From: Octopus bimaculoides | Lineage: Eukaryota | Direction of reading: 5' to 3' | Assembly (NCBI RefSeq): GCF_001194135.2 | Contig: NC_068994.1 | Span: forward strand, 20,714,269 to 20,778,268 | Length of the DNA stretch: 64,000 nt | In this document: piece after piece, positions 24,908-38,484 of the stretch | Layout of the letters: the number at the start of each line of letters is the position of its first letter | How positions within the stretch are numbered: the stretch's first letter is position 1 | The notes under the pieces: generated by a model | Seen by the model: the letters and a program-made list of their open reading frames with translations, nothing else | Databases searched by the model: none | Told to the model about the DNA's origin: nothing | Position numbers and translations under genes: made by a program

Positions 24908-27900
24908 TCCCATTAGCTCCATGTTATTGTTCCCTGACTAAAATCACAAGTCTCACTAAGTTTTATTCAGTTTTATAGTTAACTGAAATATTATTAAGCT
25001 CTTGCCTTTTATTTTCTTAGTTTTATAATTAGGGTTCTAATGTTTTGAAATGACCAAGGATATTTTGGATAATCCAAAATTCCTCTCTGAAGTTTTACAC
25101 ACCTCATTAGTAAATGCTCTTACTAAAAAGTCGTATCAAGTAGCTTTTGACTGCAATACTAGGAGAATATAACTAACTATCTTTCCATCTGTGTATCTTG
25201 TTGTTCTCTCAATAATTTTCATTCTGTATCTCTCTTCTCATCATGTTTCGGTTTCTACATCTGGATTTATTTTCACCGTCTGTTTATGTTTCTGGATCTC
25301 TCTTCTAATACTTCTTTTTATTCCATTCTGTTCTATCTCTTACTATCCTTTACATCTACCCCCACCACTTTTTCTTCTTGCTTCTTTATAGACCTATTTT
25401 CATATTTTGGGAGAGTTTTGTTTCTTCCTCACTCTCATTTCTTTTCATATAGACAGAACAGAGAATTTGAAATGTAAATTCTGAAGAAATGTATATAATA
25501 GTTGTACTATTTGAATATACATTCTTCAAACAAATCAACCTAATTAGATTTGTTTAATTCTATATTTGCTTTCCATGCTAGCATGAGTTAGACAGATTTC
25601 ACAGCATGCCTCAATTTGTCACTGTCCTTTGTCACCAGACATATGCAGCAAAACAGAAAAGTGTCAATCTTTGTTGTCTGTTTTTTTTACATGAATTTTA
25701 CACCTGAATAATCTTAGTGCCAAATACTTTACAACATAGATTAGATAAACTTTCTTGTTCCCTAACACTAAAGAGATAGTCTATGATGTGACTAAAGAGT
25801 TCCCTCTACTCTTTATTTATTTTTTGTTCAGAGTTATTGCTCTCCTTGATAGGTTGTTTTTATTGTGACTCATGGAGTTTACATTTACTTCACATAATTA
25901 GAGGCCTATTTCTATACTAAGTTTGTTTGTTGTGCTCATCTTCAACTCTCAAAATGGATCACCTTCACAATGGCTCACAGTGGTAGCCTTATGCCATTGT
26001 GAAAAATGCTTGCCTCCAAGATGTAGCAGAGGAGAGGGTTAGTTATAGCTAATATAGGATCTCACAGTGGCACTTTTTGACCAGTGTTCTCTCTACTTGG
26101 TATCAGTTTTTATTCAGAATTCATGCTTTTCAAACAGATTGACTCCACTTCAGTTTGTATAGTCCCTGTACCCTCCACACAATTAATGCAGAACCTGTTC
26201 TATATACTCTTGGGTTTATTTGGTCTCTTACACCACCTCTGTGAAAACACATATCTATGATGTCCAAAGTGGCTTTAATTACCATGTGAGCTATCAGTCT
26301 AAACCTGCTGAGTATAAGAGATTGTCTCCATTATAATGGTATAGGGAATAACTTTATAGTGACAGTTTGAGGTGGCTGGAAATGTGGTTGTGTCTATGAG
26401 GTATCTAGAGAAAGATGCTCACCTTCCAAGGGCACTTACCATGATAGGCTAATTAGTGTCTGGACCTAAGTTCTCAGGTACTAGTGAAGCCAAGAGGGTA
26501 TACAGTTCAGTAGGTGAGGTAACGGGCATTAAATAGCTTATTAATTAAGATTAAATTCTAGCCTGGTTAAAAACAGGATAAGTTAGATGAGAGAAGAAAT
26601 ATATATGGCTAGATTCCCATGCTACATATTTTACAATTATTCTTAGAATGGATGCTAAATTTTTACCTTCTCTGTCAATCCATCTTTTTTAGTTGATATG
26701 AAGAAAGCTGAGTGAGTCATGCATGAAGTAATGTTTGTGACTCTACCAAGAGAAATTAGTTTAGGTTTAAATTTTGGATAGGATATTAATTTCCATGGAA
26801 ACTTACATGAGTTAGTTGGGAAAGACCTTAAGCAGATTTGTACAAAATGTGAAAATTTCAAAATATTTTGTCAGATTAAGCCCAGCATTTTATACAAAGT
26901 TTGTTCATAAGCCTCTCTGGATGAATGTATGCCAATGTGATTCAGTGTATATTAGTTGCAAACTGTCTAATAATTAATCTATACTTTCATATTGTCAACA
27001 TTTTATTCTCACACTAACATTGTTATCGTTAACGTTGTTGTTATGGAACAGATGTCATGTAATTCTTCAACTTTATGTCATACCTGATAAAGTAATTATG
27101 TGATTAAAGGCTCTCTATACTGGGTTCTTTGTAAATTGTGCTGTTTGTTTTTAGATGGTTGTGAGAGATTTGACTACTATTTGCAGGTTTTGGATTGTCA
27201 CGAAGTAATTCCTCCATTGGTTTACTGAACATTTGGGGAATTTGTGCCCATAATGGTCATTTTGTTAATAAAGGAGAGAGAGAGAGAATGTTTTGCCATT
27301 CCAGTTTAGATGCTCATGTTATAGACTTCTGCATAAGTTCAGAATTCTGCCCACTGAGAACAAAAGGGTTTGTGTATTGTGCAGAAGTGTCCTGAAAGAT
27401 CTTGACTAGCTACATAGGACTAAGATATCACACATTCTTTAGTTATCTACACCAATACAACAATTCATTCTGTCACCATCGCTTAGAAAACACCATGGTA
27501 CTATCCAAATATATTTGGAGATGAAAGGATGGAGGAATAATAAAATAATAAATGATAAATAATAAATGAGCAATGCTGGAAAAATATCCAGCATTTAGGA
27601 ATGAAACAAAAATACTGTGACCTTTGATTACAAAGCAGCCTTGTATTATCTGGCACCACACCAAACCTAAACAAGAAAATGGAGTTGTTAAGAACATCAC
27701 TTTCTTTGTTATCTAAGTAACTGTTTAATTATAATACGTTTACTGCTATAAGACAGGAATTTTTTTTCTTTATATTTTTTCTAGGTCTTTCATTTCATTG
27801 AAATACATATTTGATCTACATAACAAGACATTGAAAGTATCCTTAGAAACTTGTTTTATTAAGTTTTTTTTATCATTTATAAATTGTGTATCAGTTAAAT

Positions 27901-28307
27901 ATTTATCTACACACTAACTGATCCTGTAATTGCCTGAACCAGCCAGGGAGGCCCAGGATGGTTTGGTGGTTTTACCTGGTAGAAATATCAACCATATTCC
28001 CTTAAACCACATCCTGCTATCTCAGAAAATACAGATACATTGATCTATATAGTCTGATATATACCCAAAAGATGGAATGTCTCTGAATATAATTCTGCTT
28101 AAATGGGACTGACTAGGGCCTAAACATTATCCACAACTTACTGTATAATTAGACCAATGAAGGAGTCTACACAAACACCAAATCTTTTTCAGGTCACACT
28201 CTATTGTCATGAATGAATGTCTTGAGTTTACCTGATAAGGGTAGATTTGGAGTTAACAACAACTTATAACCATATAGTTTTGTTTCATTTAAAATTGCCT
28301 AGAATTC

Positions 28308-28342
<35 letters not shown>

Positions 28343-28569
28343 NNNNNNNNNNNNNNNNNNNNNNNNNNNNNNNNNNNNNNNNNNNNNNNNNNNNNNNNNN
28401 NNNNNNNNNNNNNNNNNNNNNNNNNNNNNNNNNNNNNNNNNNNNNNNNNNNNNNNNNNNNNNNNNNNNNNNNNNNNNNNNNNNNNNNNNNNNNNNNNNNN
28501 NNNNNNNNNNNNNNNNNNNNNNNNNNNNNNNNNNNNNNNNNNNNNNNNNNNNNNNNNNNNNNNNNNNNN
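28343..28569. other. Assembly gap within (TA)n
   Basis: N run with TA repeats on both sides. Confidence 0.99.
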
Positions 28570-28612
<43 letters not shown>

Positions 28613-29003
28613 TTATTTATATGCACACTTACACTCACACATAAAATTTATTATTTTTCATAATTATCATCATCATCTTTGCTACCTATAATGCTTTTTA
28701 ACTTTGATACAAGGTGCCCAGTAGTTTTGAAGATAGGGAACAAGTTGATTACATTGACCCAGTACTTGATTGGTACTTGATTTTATCAACTCTGGAAGGA
28801 TAACAAGCAAAGTTGACCTTGGAGGGATAAAAATTCAGAGCATAAAGACCCCAAAAAAATGCCACTTAACATTTTATTTGATACCCTAATGGTTCTGACT
28901 ACCTTTCCTCTATTACTTATAATATGCATTATTTCATACCTGAATGTAAGTGGAGGGTCAGACACATAATTCAGCTTCACCTAACCCAAGCTGACTTCTC
29001 TAC

Positions 29004-29229
29004 TTAACCCTTTTGTTACTAACCTGCCTGAGACTACCCCAGATTCTAGGACACAGATATCTTGTTATAAAGTGATCTGAATTACAATCTTCCATGAAAA
29101 TTTCATGCTAATCTAAATTCTAAGCACCATCTTAATAATGATAAAATTATTTTACTAAATTCTTAATTTTAAAATTAATTGAAGCAATGGGAGTAAATTT
29201 GAGCAGAAATATAGTACTGAAAGGGTTAA
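29004..29229. mobile_element. TTAA-flanked MITE (piggyBac-like ends)
   Basis: TTAA-CCCTTTTGTTACT ... AGTACTGAAAGGG-TTAA. Internal sequence is similar to 23444-23652. Confidence 0.75.
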
Positions 29230-30210
29230 CTGAGGGAGTGATGCAGTTGTATTAAAGACAGTAACCAATGATGATAACTATTACCAATCTATGTAAGAAA
29301 CTTTCTTCCTGTAATATATTCTCATATTGATAAAAGTTAAGCTTTTGTTGGGCCTCTTCCCTGCAGACAGCTTACTTCTATTGTGCTTTCATGCACTTTT
29401 GTTCATCAGCAGCTCTAAGTTAAGGTTACTATGAAAAATTCTCCTCAGCAAGTGCTCTTTCTAACTCCCTGTAGATTACTTTTCTAAGTATATATTTTCC
29501 TTACAATTATTGTATTGGTAGATGTCTATGAGGCCTACAAACAATTTGTCTTACTCATCTGATTAAAATTAGTGATACAAGATGATGCTTCTCTGTATAT
29601 TAATTCTGATGAAGATTATATATTGTGTGGAGACAAGCTGTTAGAGAGTGTTTATACAGTTTAGCATGTGTCCTAATTAGTCCTAGATCAGCTCTAATCC
29701 AGTAGACCTATGATCATAGACATTCCAATTATGATTATCTTGTTTTTTTTTATCATTCAGATTTGTCCTTTTGTTTTAAGGTTTTTTAAAAGTTATTAGA
29801 GTGTGATGTGTGGGAGGTTTGGTTGCTATATGTAGCAGGTTGAGCTGTCACATAGCAGCTCTCTTGCTAACTTGTCTGGTTGGTCTAGCAACCATATAGA
29901 TGCTTCTTTGATTAAGAAATGAGATGAAAACAACAGAATGACACATGTTCAGTTAGTAATAAACCTAACTTGCCCGTGGTCTCAGATTTTTTAATGAAAC
30001 CTTAGAAGTCTACCTTTTGGCTATCTGGCTGTATACTCTAACATCAATATTCACATTTCTCTCTAGATTACTACTCAGATAAATAAGATGAAGTCATACA
30101 TTATTTGAAAAGTTCATGGCATTAATGTAAGGACCAAGTTAATACATTTCTAAAAATATAATAGAATATTTGCTTAGGTTTTGAGCATTTAAAGTGTGAC
30201 AATTCATGTG

Positions 30211-30263
<53 letters not shown>

Positions 30264-32567
30264 TTGAAAACACTATCTTTAAGACATCTAGTTTGAAAAC
30301 ACTATCTTTAAGACATCTTTAAGACATTCATTTTATATTATTGTATCATATATTATATAATGTATATGCATAAGTATACATGTGGCATGCATGTGGGAAG
30401 AACACTTGTAAGACATGCAACATGAAGGAAGCTCAAAAGTCAACAGTAGAAAATGTAAAATAGAGCTATATGGTGAAATGCAATTATGTTAAAAGCATAT
30501 GCATTTACAAAACATTGGAAAATTACTGCCCAAACACTGCCCATTAATTTTAATATACACACACACACACATACATGCACACACACAGATACACACGCAT
30601 GCACACACACACACACGCATGCACATACACACACACACGCTCACACTTTGATGCATTATCCTATCTACATTTATGTGCAGTGAAAAATTAAGCTCATCCC
30701 ATTCACATTATTGTTACCCTTTTGATGCAAACTGAATGAAAGCAGTGTATTGTTTGTTCATATATAACAGGCGATTATATAATCAAATTATATAATCAAA
30801 TATTGTTACATATAAAATAAAAGTGAAGCAAAGTATGCCAATATGTAGATATTTATTAGCAATGTAACCTTAGTATTACTTATGTTGAAAAGAAAAATAC
30901 TAAAAGTACATTTCCTGTTGTTAAAGCAATGAAATATAAATTTTTAGTAAAACACAGCAAAGCATACAACAGTTGAAAATGTAAAATTTAAAACAGATGA
31001 AATGTTGTAGTTGTTAATAGAACATGCAATTACTATTAAAAAAACAATGATGGATAAATTAAGAGTATTAACTGGAAAAAAGACAATGAAACATAAACTA
31101 TAATAATAAGTGTGAATCCTACTACCCAAAAAGTTTCAACACAACTCGTTGTCAGCAACTGAAACAGGCTTAAAACAAAATATTAGTAGTAGTAAGAAAG
31201 CAGGAAGGAAGCACTTACTATTAATGGTAATAAATATGCAAGAAAAAATCAATACAAATTTTTGAATGGCTTATAGCACACACACATAGCAAATAAAAGT
31301 GTAGAAATATTGAAACATGCAGTGTTTGCCAAGTAGAAATTCAAATGTGATGTTACTTGTGTTTGCACATGCACATAAATAGCAGTCCAGTCATGAACAC
31401 TTCAATCTGGCTGGGGACAGTATAAAAGAAGTTATTGTATATCATTGTGCATATGTTACTGGAAGTCCATAATAAACATGCATCTTTGTAAATAATATCA
31501 AAGACATATCTATAGAGGAGAATAAAACAGGAGATTTAGTTAAACTTTTTATTATAACATCACAAATTACATAATCATGGTAATATAATTTATGATGCTA
31601 TTATAAAGAGTTTAACTAAATATCCAGTTTTATTCTACTCTCAGATATACACTCTGTATATTATTCAAATGTGTATTATACCAGAAGAAAAACTTGAGGA
31701 CAAATTATGCTTAATACTTGACTGGAAGTTTGGATATACTGGATTTACATGGATTTCTAAGCATTAGTTAACAGTTATGCTATCTCCTATTATATATATA
31801 ACATGTATGTATGTATGCATTCCTGCATACATACAAACATGCATACACACACTGATTCACATGCAATCACTAACAAGTACTACCCCTACTGCACACATTA
31901 AAGTGATGAGTATAGAGGTGATTCATGAATACCAATGTATGTTGAAATTGTCCAAACATGAATAATTTGTATGTGTTGATACATTCAACTTGAATGATTT
32001 TCAAGTGTGTTTATTTGTGAGTCAGACTATTTGCATACATGTGAGCTTATCTGTTTGTGCATCAAAGCTTGTATGGACAGCCAGTGACTGTTACCATTCA
32101 TGCTGCAAAATGGAATTTGTCACAGTTTGCCAAAACTTATAAGTATTGAGAACAGAAAACAGATACAATTGTTCTGTTTAAATGGAAGAATATTATGTAT
32201 TTAATTTAAAACCTTTGATTTATTTTATTTATTCATTTAGCAAATTTTGAAATTTTAGAATGCAATTTTTATAATTCTTCAAGTCGACTATTCAATTTTA
32301 CTTGTATCCCAGTGACTTCCTCATAAGTAACTTTTTCTGTCTTAAAGCAAAGAAAAAAGTCTGAAAATGGACACAGATATGGTCCATTTTCAGATGTCTT
32401 CAACTCTTGATCATTTTATCTAGTTGTGCTGTCATAACCAATATATTTGATTTGTGAGAATAAATGCCACAAAACTGCAGACATTCCTTGAAAAACTAGT
32501 GTCTAGAAATCTGCAGAAATCAGGCTTTCATCTTTTAGTTTTCCAATTGGTTGAGATGTTGTTAGGT

Positions 32568-32783
32568 TATCCCTTCTGTTGAAATACACTGCTTTTGTTT
32601 CAATTAATTTTGAAAATAATGAAGATTTCAGTTAAATAGCTTTGTCATAGTTAAGCTGGTGTTTGAAACATAAATTAACATGAAATCTTGAAGGAAGATT
32701 TTAACTTAGATCATTTTAAAGCAGGAAGTTTGTATCACAGAACTAGCAGTGGACTCAGGCAGGCTGATACCAAACGGGTTCAT
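32568..32783. mobile_element. Same TTAA-MITE family, diverged, opposite orientation
   Basis: Shares TTTGTTTCAATTAATTTTGAAAATAATGAAGA...TTAACATG...TTAGATCA with 60420-60649. Ends are degenerate (…GATACCAAACGGGTT). Confidence 0.6.
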
Positions 32784-34080
32784 TATAGTTAAAGTGGCTT
32801 GAATGTATTGATGTATTGATTTAAAACTTCTGTGAGAAATAAAGTTCAATTGTTAGGAAATCTTAAGTTTTTAGAGAAATAGAAAGTTATTAAATGTTAC
32901 CTTCCTCTAAAGTATTAGTGATGTAAGTGGTTGACAACTGAGACTACATTATTGATTTAGCTTGCCAAGAAAATATATTAGCAACAAAAATATTGTTCTA
33001 AGAAATTGGTATTTGATAAGGGGTAGCAAGCAGCAGTTTTGTACTCTACCCATTTTGATGTATTCAGTAGACAATAGCAGCAGCAGCAGCAACAGTTTTC
33101 TGGACATGCATTAAATCATTGTCATATGACAAAGGAATATGTTTATAAAGACAACAGAAAACTGTGAGAAGATGCATTTCAACTCTATTATTAAAGGGTA
33201 AAGACATTTATATAAACAAAGCAACTCATGGAACTAGGCTAAATTCTCTGCATTCCTGCTCTTAAAAAAAAAAGCAATTCTAGAAATGTTTTCCTCTTTT
33301 AAATATCAGGCTATCAAAGACATTATAATATGTTGCTTGTTTCAATATTGTTTACTAATCTTCTCATACACTTCAATTACCAAGAAAATGACAACAATAC
33401 AAAATTGGAATGTGCAGGATTATAAGAGAATGTGTGGTTGGTGTAAGGCAATTTTCACTGATAATTATTGAATTAAAAATTAATTCTGAATGATTTCTCT
33501 TTTTTCTTTTTTCACTTAAAATACAACTATTGATTTCAAGATTAAATGACTCCTTGAATTAGTTTATTAAGGAAGGAACATTTTGAAATTACATTGAAAA
33601 TAAATATTTACTTTCCTTCCTATAAACTCTAGATTGTGATTTTTTCCTAACCCTTGCCTGTCCTGTGTATCACATGTTATAAACAAGACATATTTCCTTG
33701 ACATCCATATATCACATATGATACACATTCCCAATTTTTTCGACCACTAGAATAACTTTGGATTTACAAAAAGAAAGCTTTATATTACTCAGAATGTATG
33801 AAGCAAGGGCTAACTTAAAGTCTAAAAACAAGCATGGGAGTTTAGGATAAATCTATGAAAATGCTATTCAAACAATATATTGCAGCTTTAAATTTTAAAC
33901 ACGATGACATCCCGCTTTTAAAAGATAACATTAAGTTGTAGTACAATGGCAGATTAAATTATCTGCAGCAGTATGTTTCATTTTGAGTTCAAATTCCAAC
34001 TAATTTGAACTCAGGTTTAAAAGCAAAGTTAACACTTGTGAGACCATTCATCTACTTCGTCATTCATTCAAGCCTACCTA

Positions 34081-34144
<64 letters not shown>

Positions 34145-34298
34145 TGTGTGTTTGTGTGTGTTTGTGTGCATGCGTGCGTGCGTACGTGCGCAGCTGGAGG
34201 CTCCAATCAAAACAGTGGACCTGAAATGATAAGGTTGAGAAATGCTGTTATAGATTATGCCTAACCGAAAACGATCACAGCCACATCATCCAAACAGA

Positions 34299-34326
34299 CC
34301 AGGTGAAACCGGGCTTAGCTGCTAGT
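34299..34326 (+). mobile_element. Probable Helitron 3' terminus
   Basis: GC hairpin CCAGG-TGAAA-CCGGG (one mismatch), 8 nt, then CTAG followed by T, which is the canonical Helitron 3' end. The 5' end was not identified. Confidence 0.45.
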
Positions 34327-35399
34327 TAACTTATAAACCTTTAATATACTTGGTAGTATATTATAGTTGCAAAATGAAATATGGTGTCCCTACTAGCAAT
34401 TAATATAAAACATAATGGTCCATAGTATAACTGTTCTTTTGAGTGTCATGCAGATGTTAGTATGTGTTTGTGTATGTATGGCCTAGACAACTCACAAGAT
34501 GATGAAAATTAAACCATATATTATGTAGTTGATGATGATAATGATGATTTGTGTATATCTGCTGTTTGTGTGTAGCTAAATTGTATAAACATGAAGATTA
34601 AGCTCTATGTTTTAGTTAGTTATAAGTTCTTACCAGTTGTTGCTGGTTTTTGGCATTTTGCCATTTCTTTTCTTGGTTTGGTTTCTCTGCACTGAATATG
34701 TACAACTTAACAGCTTATATACCATTCTAATGATGCTAAACTAACTGTGAAACCAATTTTCCCACTATTGCTAGACTTCCAATCAGCTCATTGGGTTTAA
34801 TTTTACTGAGATCACTATTTTTACTTGAATCACGAAAGTAAACTGAGATGAAATCTGTTAATTGGCATTCTGCCCTTCGTTTTAGTTTTGTTTCTATGTT
34901 TTTCTAGGTTGTCTCAATATTCTATGTCTGAAGAAGCAAAATATTTACCAGATGGATGAAAATGGTTGTTGTATCTGGACAAGTAGATTAGGAGCTGATC
35001 TATCAATCAAAATAGAAGTGGGATAATCTAGTGTATATGGTTTTGGTCTACCAGTCACAGCTATTTCACTGCATATTTGAACAGTACACATAATTCTATA
35101 CTCTTGAGTTTGCTAACTACAGGAAACTGATGAGGGGTGGGGTTGAAGATTTTCTGTGGAGTTACCTAAGATGACTGATATCAGTCATCTCAGGTAACAT
35201 AAGGGTAGATTTTTCATCTATTTCATGTATAGAAACTGAAATTAAGTACTTGCTCTTCAACAATAAACTACTGTATTTTTTTTCAGTTGGGGTGGTCAGG
35301 TTGGGTAGAGGTTGTCTTTGAGTATTGGGTAGAGGTTGTCTTTGGATATTACATTTGCTATTTTTGTTAAGACATTTTGTTTTGTTGTTTTAGTGTTTT

Positions 35400-36250
35400 G
35401 AGATGATGTGATATCAACATTAGTGGGTGCAACCACTGTGATGGATGTGCAAAGTGAGTCATTTAGCTTGGCAATCTATGATTCCTTTTCATGAGTTCTC
35501 TCATAATGCTCTAACACTGTATAAGTAGCGATACCTACTCATAAAGGGATACAAAGTGTCTCCTTCCATTAGTATGGAGGAGATGGCCTTGGGTGACAGA
35601 CATTTTTATAGTTTTTATAGTTTAGTCTAACCTAAGACTCTCTGAAAGTAGTGGATTTTGAACATGAGATGTTCAGTCTGAACAACTGTAAGTTGACAAC
35701 TGCAGAAAAAAGTGTATGGAAGGGAATTTCAGTGGGTTGATGCTTTAGGGAGGAAATAGAGAGAATATTGGTGGGTTGGAGAGTGGACAGTATGAGAGAT
35801 GAGTGTATTGGATGAGCTTGTTTGAAAGTAGCTGTCTCTAAGGAGCAGAAGCTATTGTAAAAGTGATAGAAAAGGCAGGAAGTGTCTTGACAAGTGACTC
35901 CTTACTACTTTGTTGGCTTCCTTTTAGCTGTGATCTAAGAGGTTTGTATGTGTAATAGCTGCATCTTGAGCATTAAAGATAGTCAGCAAATGTTCCTGGC
36001 TTTGAAGAGAAAAGCTAATCCTTAGGATGCAGTTTTTGCTCTACTATAAATGAGAGATTGCCAATAAGATCGTCAGTGATTGAAGGCAAGAAGATTGATA
36101 CTTTCCCATTTGGAGAAGGTTCCAATAATATGTGTCCATAAGACAGGGCAAATTTAATGTGAGATATTTAGGTTGTTTGTAGATGATACCTGGGTGCAGA
36201 AAGTCTGGGCTAAGAAAGAGAGGTATCATTTGCTTAGAATTGGCTGTTGT
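35400..36250 (-). mobile_element. Heavily decayed non-LTR retrotransposon RT remnant
   Basis: Weak minus-strand motif traces (SVTQG resembling GVPQG; HFA resembling FADD). A paralogous segment at ~56150-56380 shares GATGTTCA...CAACTGC, AGTGTATTGGATG and AGTAGCT...CAGAAGC. Clade uncertain. Confidence 0.4.
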
Positions 36251-36979
36251 TCAAGGTGATAGAAAGTATGCCATTGATTTAGAGAAACAAAAGAGTGCAA
36301 GATGTAACCAAACCTTGGAAACATTTGAGATAATAAGATGGGGAAAGTCCCACTAGAACATAATGTGATAACTTAATCTGACAGGAAGCTTTTGGCCTAA
36401 AAGATGAGGTAACTTAGCCAGAGATGCTCATGCCAAAAACAGTCAAATGCTTTGTTGATAATATTCTTCTCAGCAATTTTTTCCAGGGAAGGGACAACTG
36501 GTGAGTAACATAAAAGCATAAATCTCAGTAGATTTGACTTTACAGGAACCATATTAGTGGTCATTGAGGAGGAATAGGGAAATGAGGGCCATATTAGTGA
36601 CCTTTGAGGGAAGAATAAAAAGATGTCTGATAAAAATAATTCTCATCACTTTTAGATGTCATGGCTGGAATGAAATAGTGTCATTTCTGTTTACAGTGGG
36701 TTATTGAACCATGAGTAGTATTATAAGATGTGTGTATCTGTTACAAATAATATACATGTTGTGTCCTAAATGGGTTGATAGTTGGCAAGTGAAGTTTGAT
36801 GAAACAATTTTGGAGCTTCTCATTTATTATTGGAATAGATCTCTGTAGAGAGAGAAATATATCAAAGAGTCTGACAAGAATAGAGACTAGTTCTGAGATG
36901 TACAGTGTAGGTGTTATGAAATAGCCTAGGATCTTGTTGGACTGAACTGACCAAGTTATGTTTTCACACTTGGTGTAAG

Positions 36980-38237
36980 TATTAGGTCACCTCATAAATA
37001 ATGCAGTTTTTTTATACTTCTTTTATTTTTCAAAATTAAGATAAACAAAGTTTTTTTAATCTAAAATATACTCTCCTTCATTTTTTACAATGCTCTTCCA
37101 CTTGTCTGGTAGACTTGCCAGGCCCCTCTTCCAAAATTCACTTGTCCATGACAAAAAATGCTTCTCCAGTACTGCTCTGACCTCATCTACAGAATTCATA
37201 TTTTTTCCGTCCAAATGATTTTGAAGACTGCGGATAATTAGATAGGATAATGTTCACTGAATATGGTAGGTGGGACATCATTTCCCATTCAAACTACTCT
37301 AGCCTTAGGAATGTCATCCTCACTGTATGTGGCCAAGCATTATCCTGATGGAAAAACATCTTTTGTCTTGAAACCAAAGGTGGTCGTTTTTCTTCTAGCA
37401 CTGACTTAAGCCACTTTGTTATTGTTTGGTTTGAGTTTCAAAGTTCAAAGTGGGCTAAACCTTTCATATCCCACCAAAAAGATAACAACACCTTACATGG
37501 ATAAAAACCTTCTTTAGCCTGGGATGCTGGTGTTTCTCTTTTCCCTACCCACTATCTTTGGCGCTTGACATTTTTATAGAGAACCCATTTCTTATCACCA
37601 GTCACTATTCAGTTCAAAAAAGGTTCATTCGTGAGACATGACAGCAAAGAAGAGCACACATTCACTCTCTGCACACGATTAGACCCAGAAAGTTTGAGAG
37701 GAACCCATTGACCCAATTTGCTGACTTTTCCAATGGCACGCAGGTGTTGATGAATGGTTGAATGACCAAATCCAAGCTTCTCTGCTAGTTCCTCAACAGT
37801 TATGATGAGATTCTGTTCCACCAGGGTTTGCTGGACATCCTCATCAAGCTCTACAGATCTTCCAGAACAAGGCTCGTCTTCTAGGCTCTAGTTTCCAGCT
37901 CGGAATTTCTAGAACCACTGTTGACACTGGCTTACGATTATTGTCCGATCCACATATACTGCATTAATATTCCTCACACTTTACGTTGTGTTGTTATTTT
38001 TATTGAACTCATAAACCAAAATATACCAAATATGCTCCTTTGTTATTTCTATTATAGCTTTGGAAAAATAACTGTTAAAATCGAACTGCACTCTTCAAAA
38101 CCTGCACTAAGAATAAGGACAAGGTAAAAATTACTACCTGCTTTTATAGCAAGTTGATGCAGGTAGTTTATCCCATCTCCCTCCAACTTTTAGTTCATAC
38201 AACTGAAAAAGCGTATTATTTATGGGATGACCCAATA
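36980..38237 (-). mobile_element. Full-length but inactivated mariner (Tc1/mariner DD34D-type) DNA transposon
   Basis: 32-nt termini including TA: TATTAGGTCACCTCATAAATAATGCAGTTTTT versus reverse-complemented right end TATTGGGTCATCCCATAAATAATACGCTTTTT (6 mismatches). Length is ~1.26 kb. Confidence 0.92.
37056..38052 (-). pseudogene. Mariner transposase pseudogene
   Basis: Broken translation (I)EITKEHIWYILVYEFNK...QWF*KFRAGN*SLEDEPCSGR...GQWVPLKL...SFWWDMKG...FHQDNAWPH...PYSVNI..SNY...WKSIVKNEGEYILD*. It has several stops and frameshifts, a lost start codon, and the third catalytic Asp reads as Asn. Confidence 0.9.
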
Positions 38238-38239
38238 TA

Positions 38240-38438
38240 TGTACAGTTCTATATTTAAGAGATGAGGAATTATTTACATTATTTACATTATCTACATTTG
38301 ACGGATATTCATCCTCATCTTGTTTGTTGTTAACACAACGTTTCGGCTGATATACCCTCCAGCCTTCGTCAGGTGTCTTGGGGAAATTTCGAACCTGGGT
38401 TCTCATTGCTATCGATGTTACTATTATTATTATTATTA

Positions 38439-38484
<46 letters not shown>

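Noticed and set aside
30259-30327. 29-bp tandem duplication (also the 21-bp one at 8191-8232)
   Set aside because: These are ordinary local slippage duplications with no further structure.
34908-34982. Candidate upstream exon after TTTTTCTAG (MSEEAKYLPDG* / MDENG...)
   Set aside because: The acceptor is good, but no convincing phase 1 GT donor follows, and the region borders a decayed LINE remnant.
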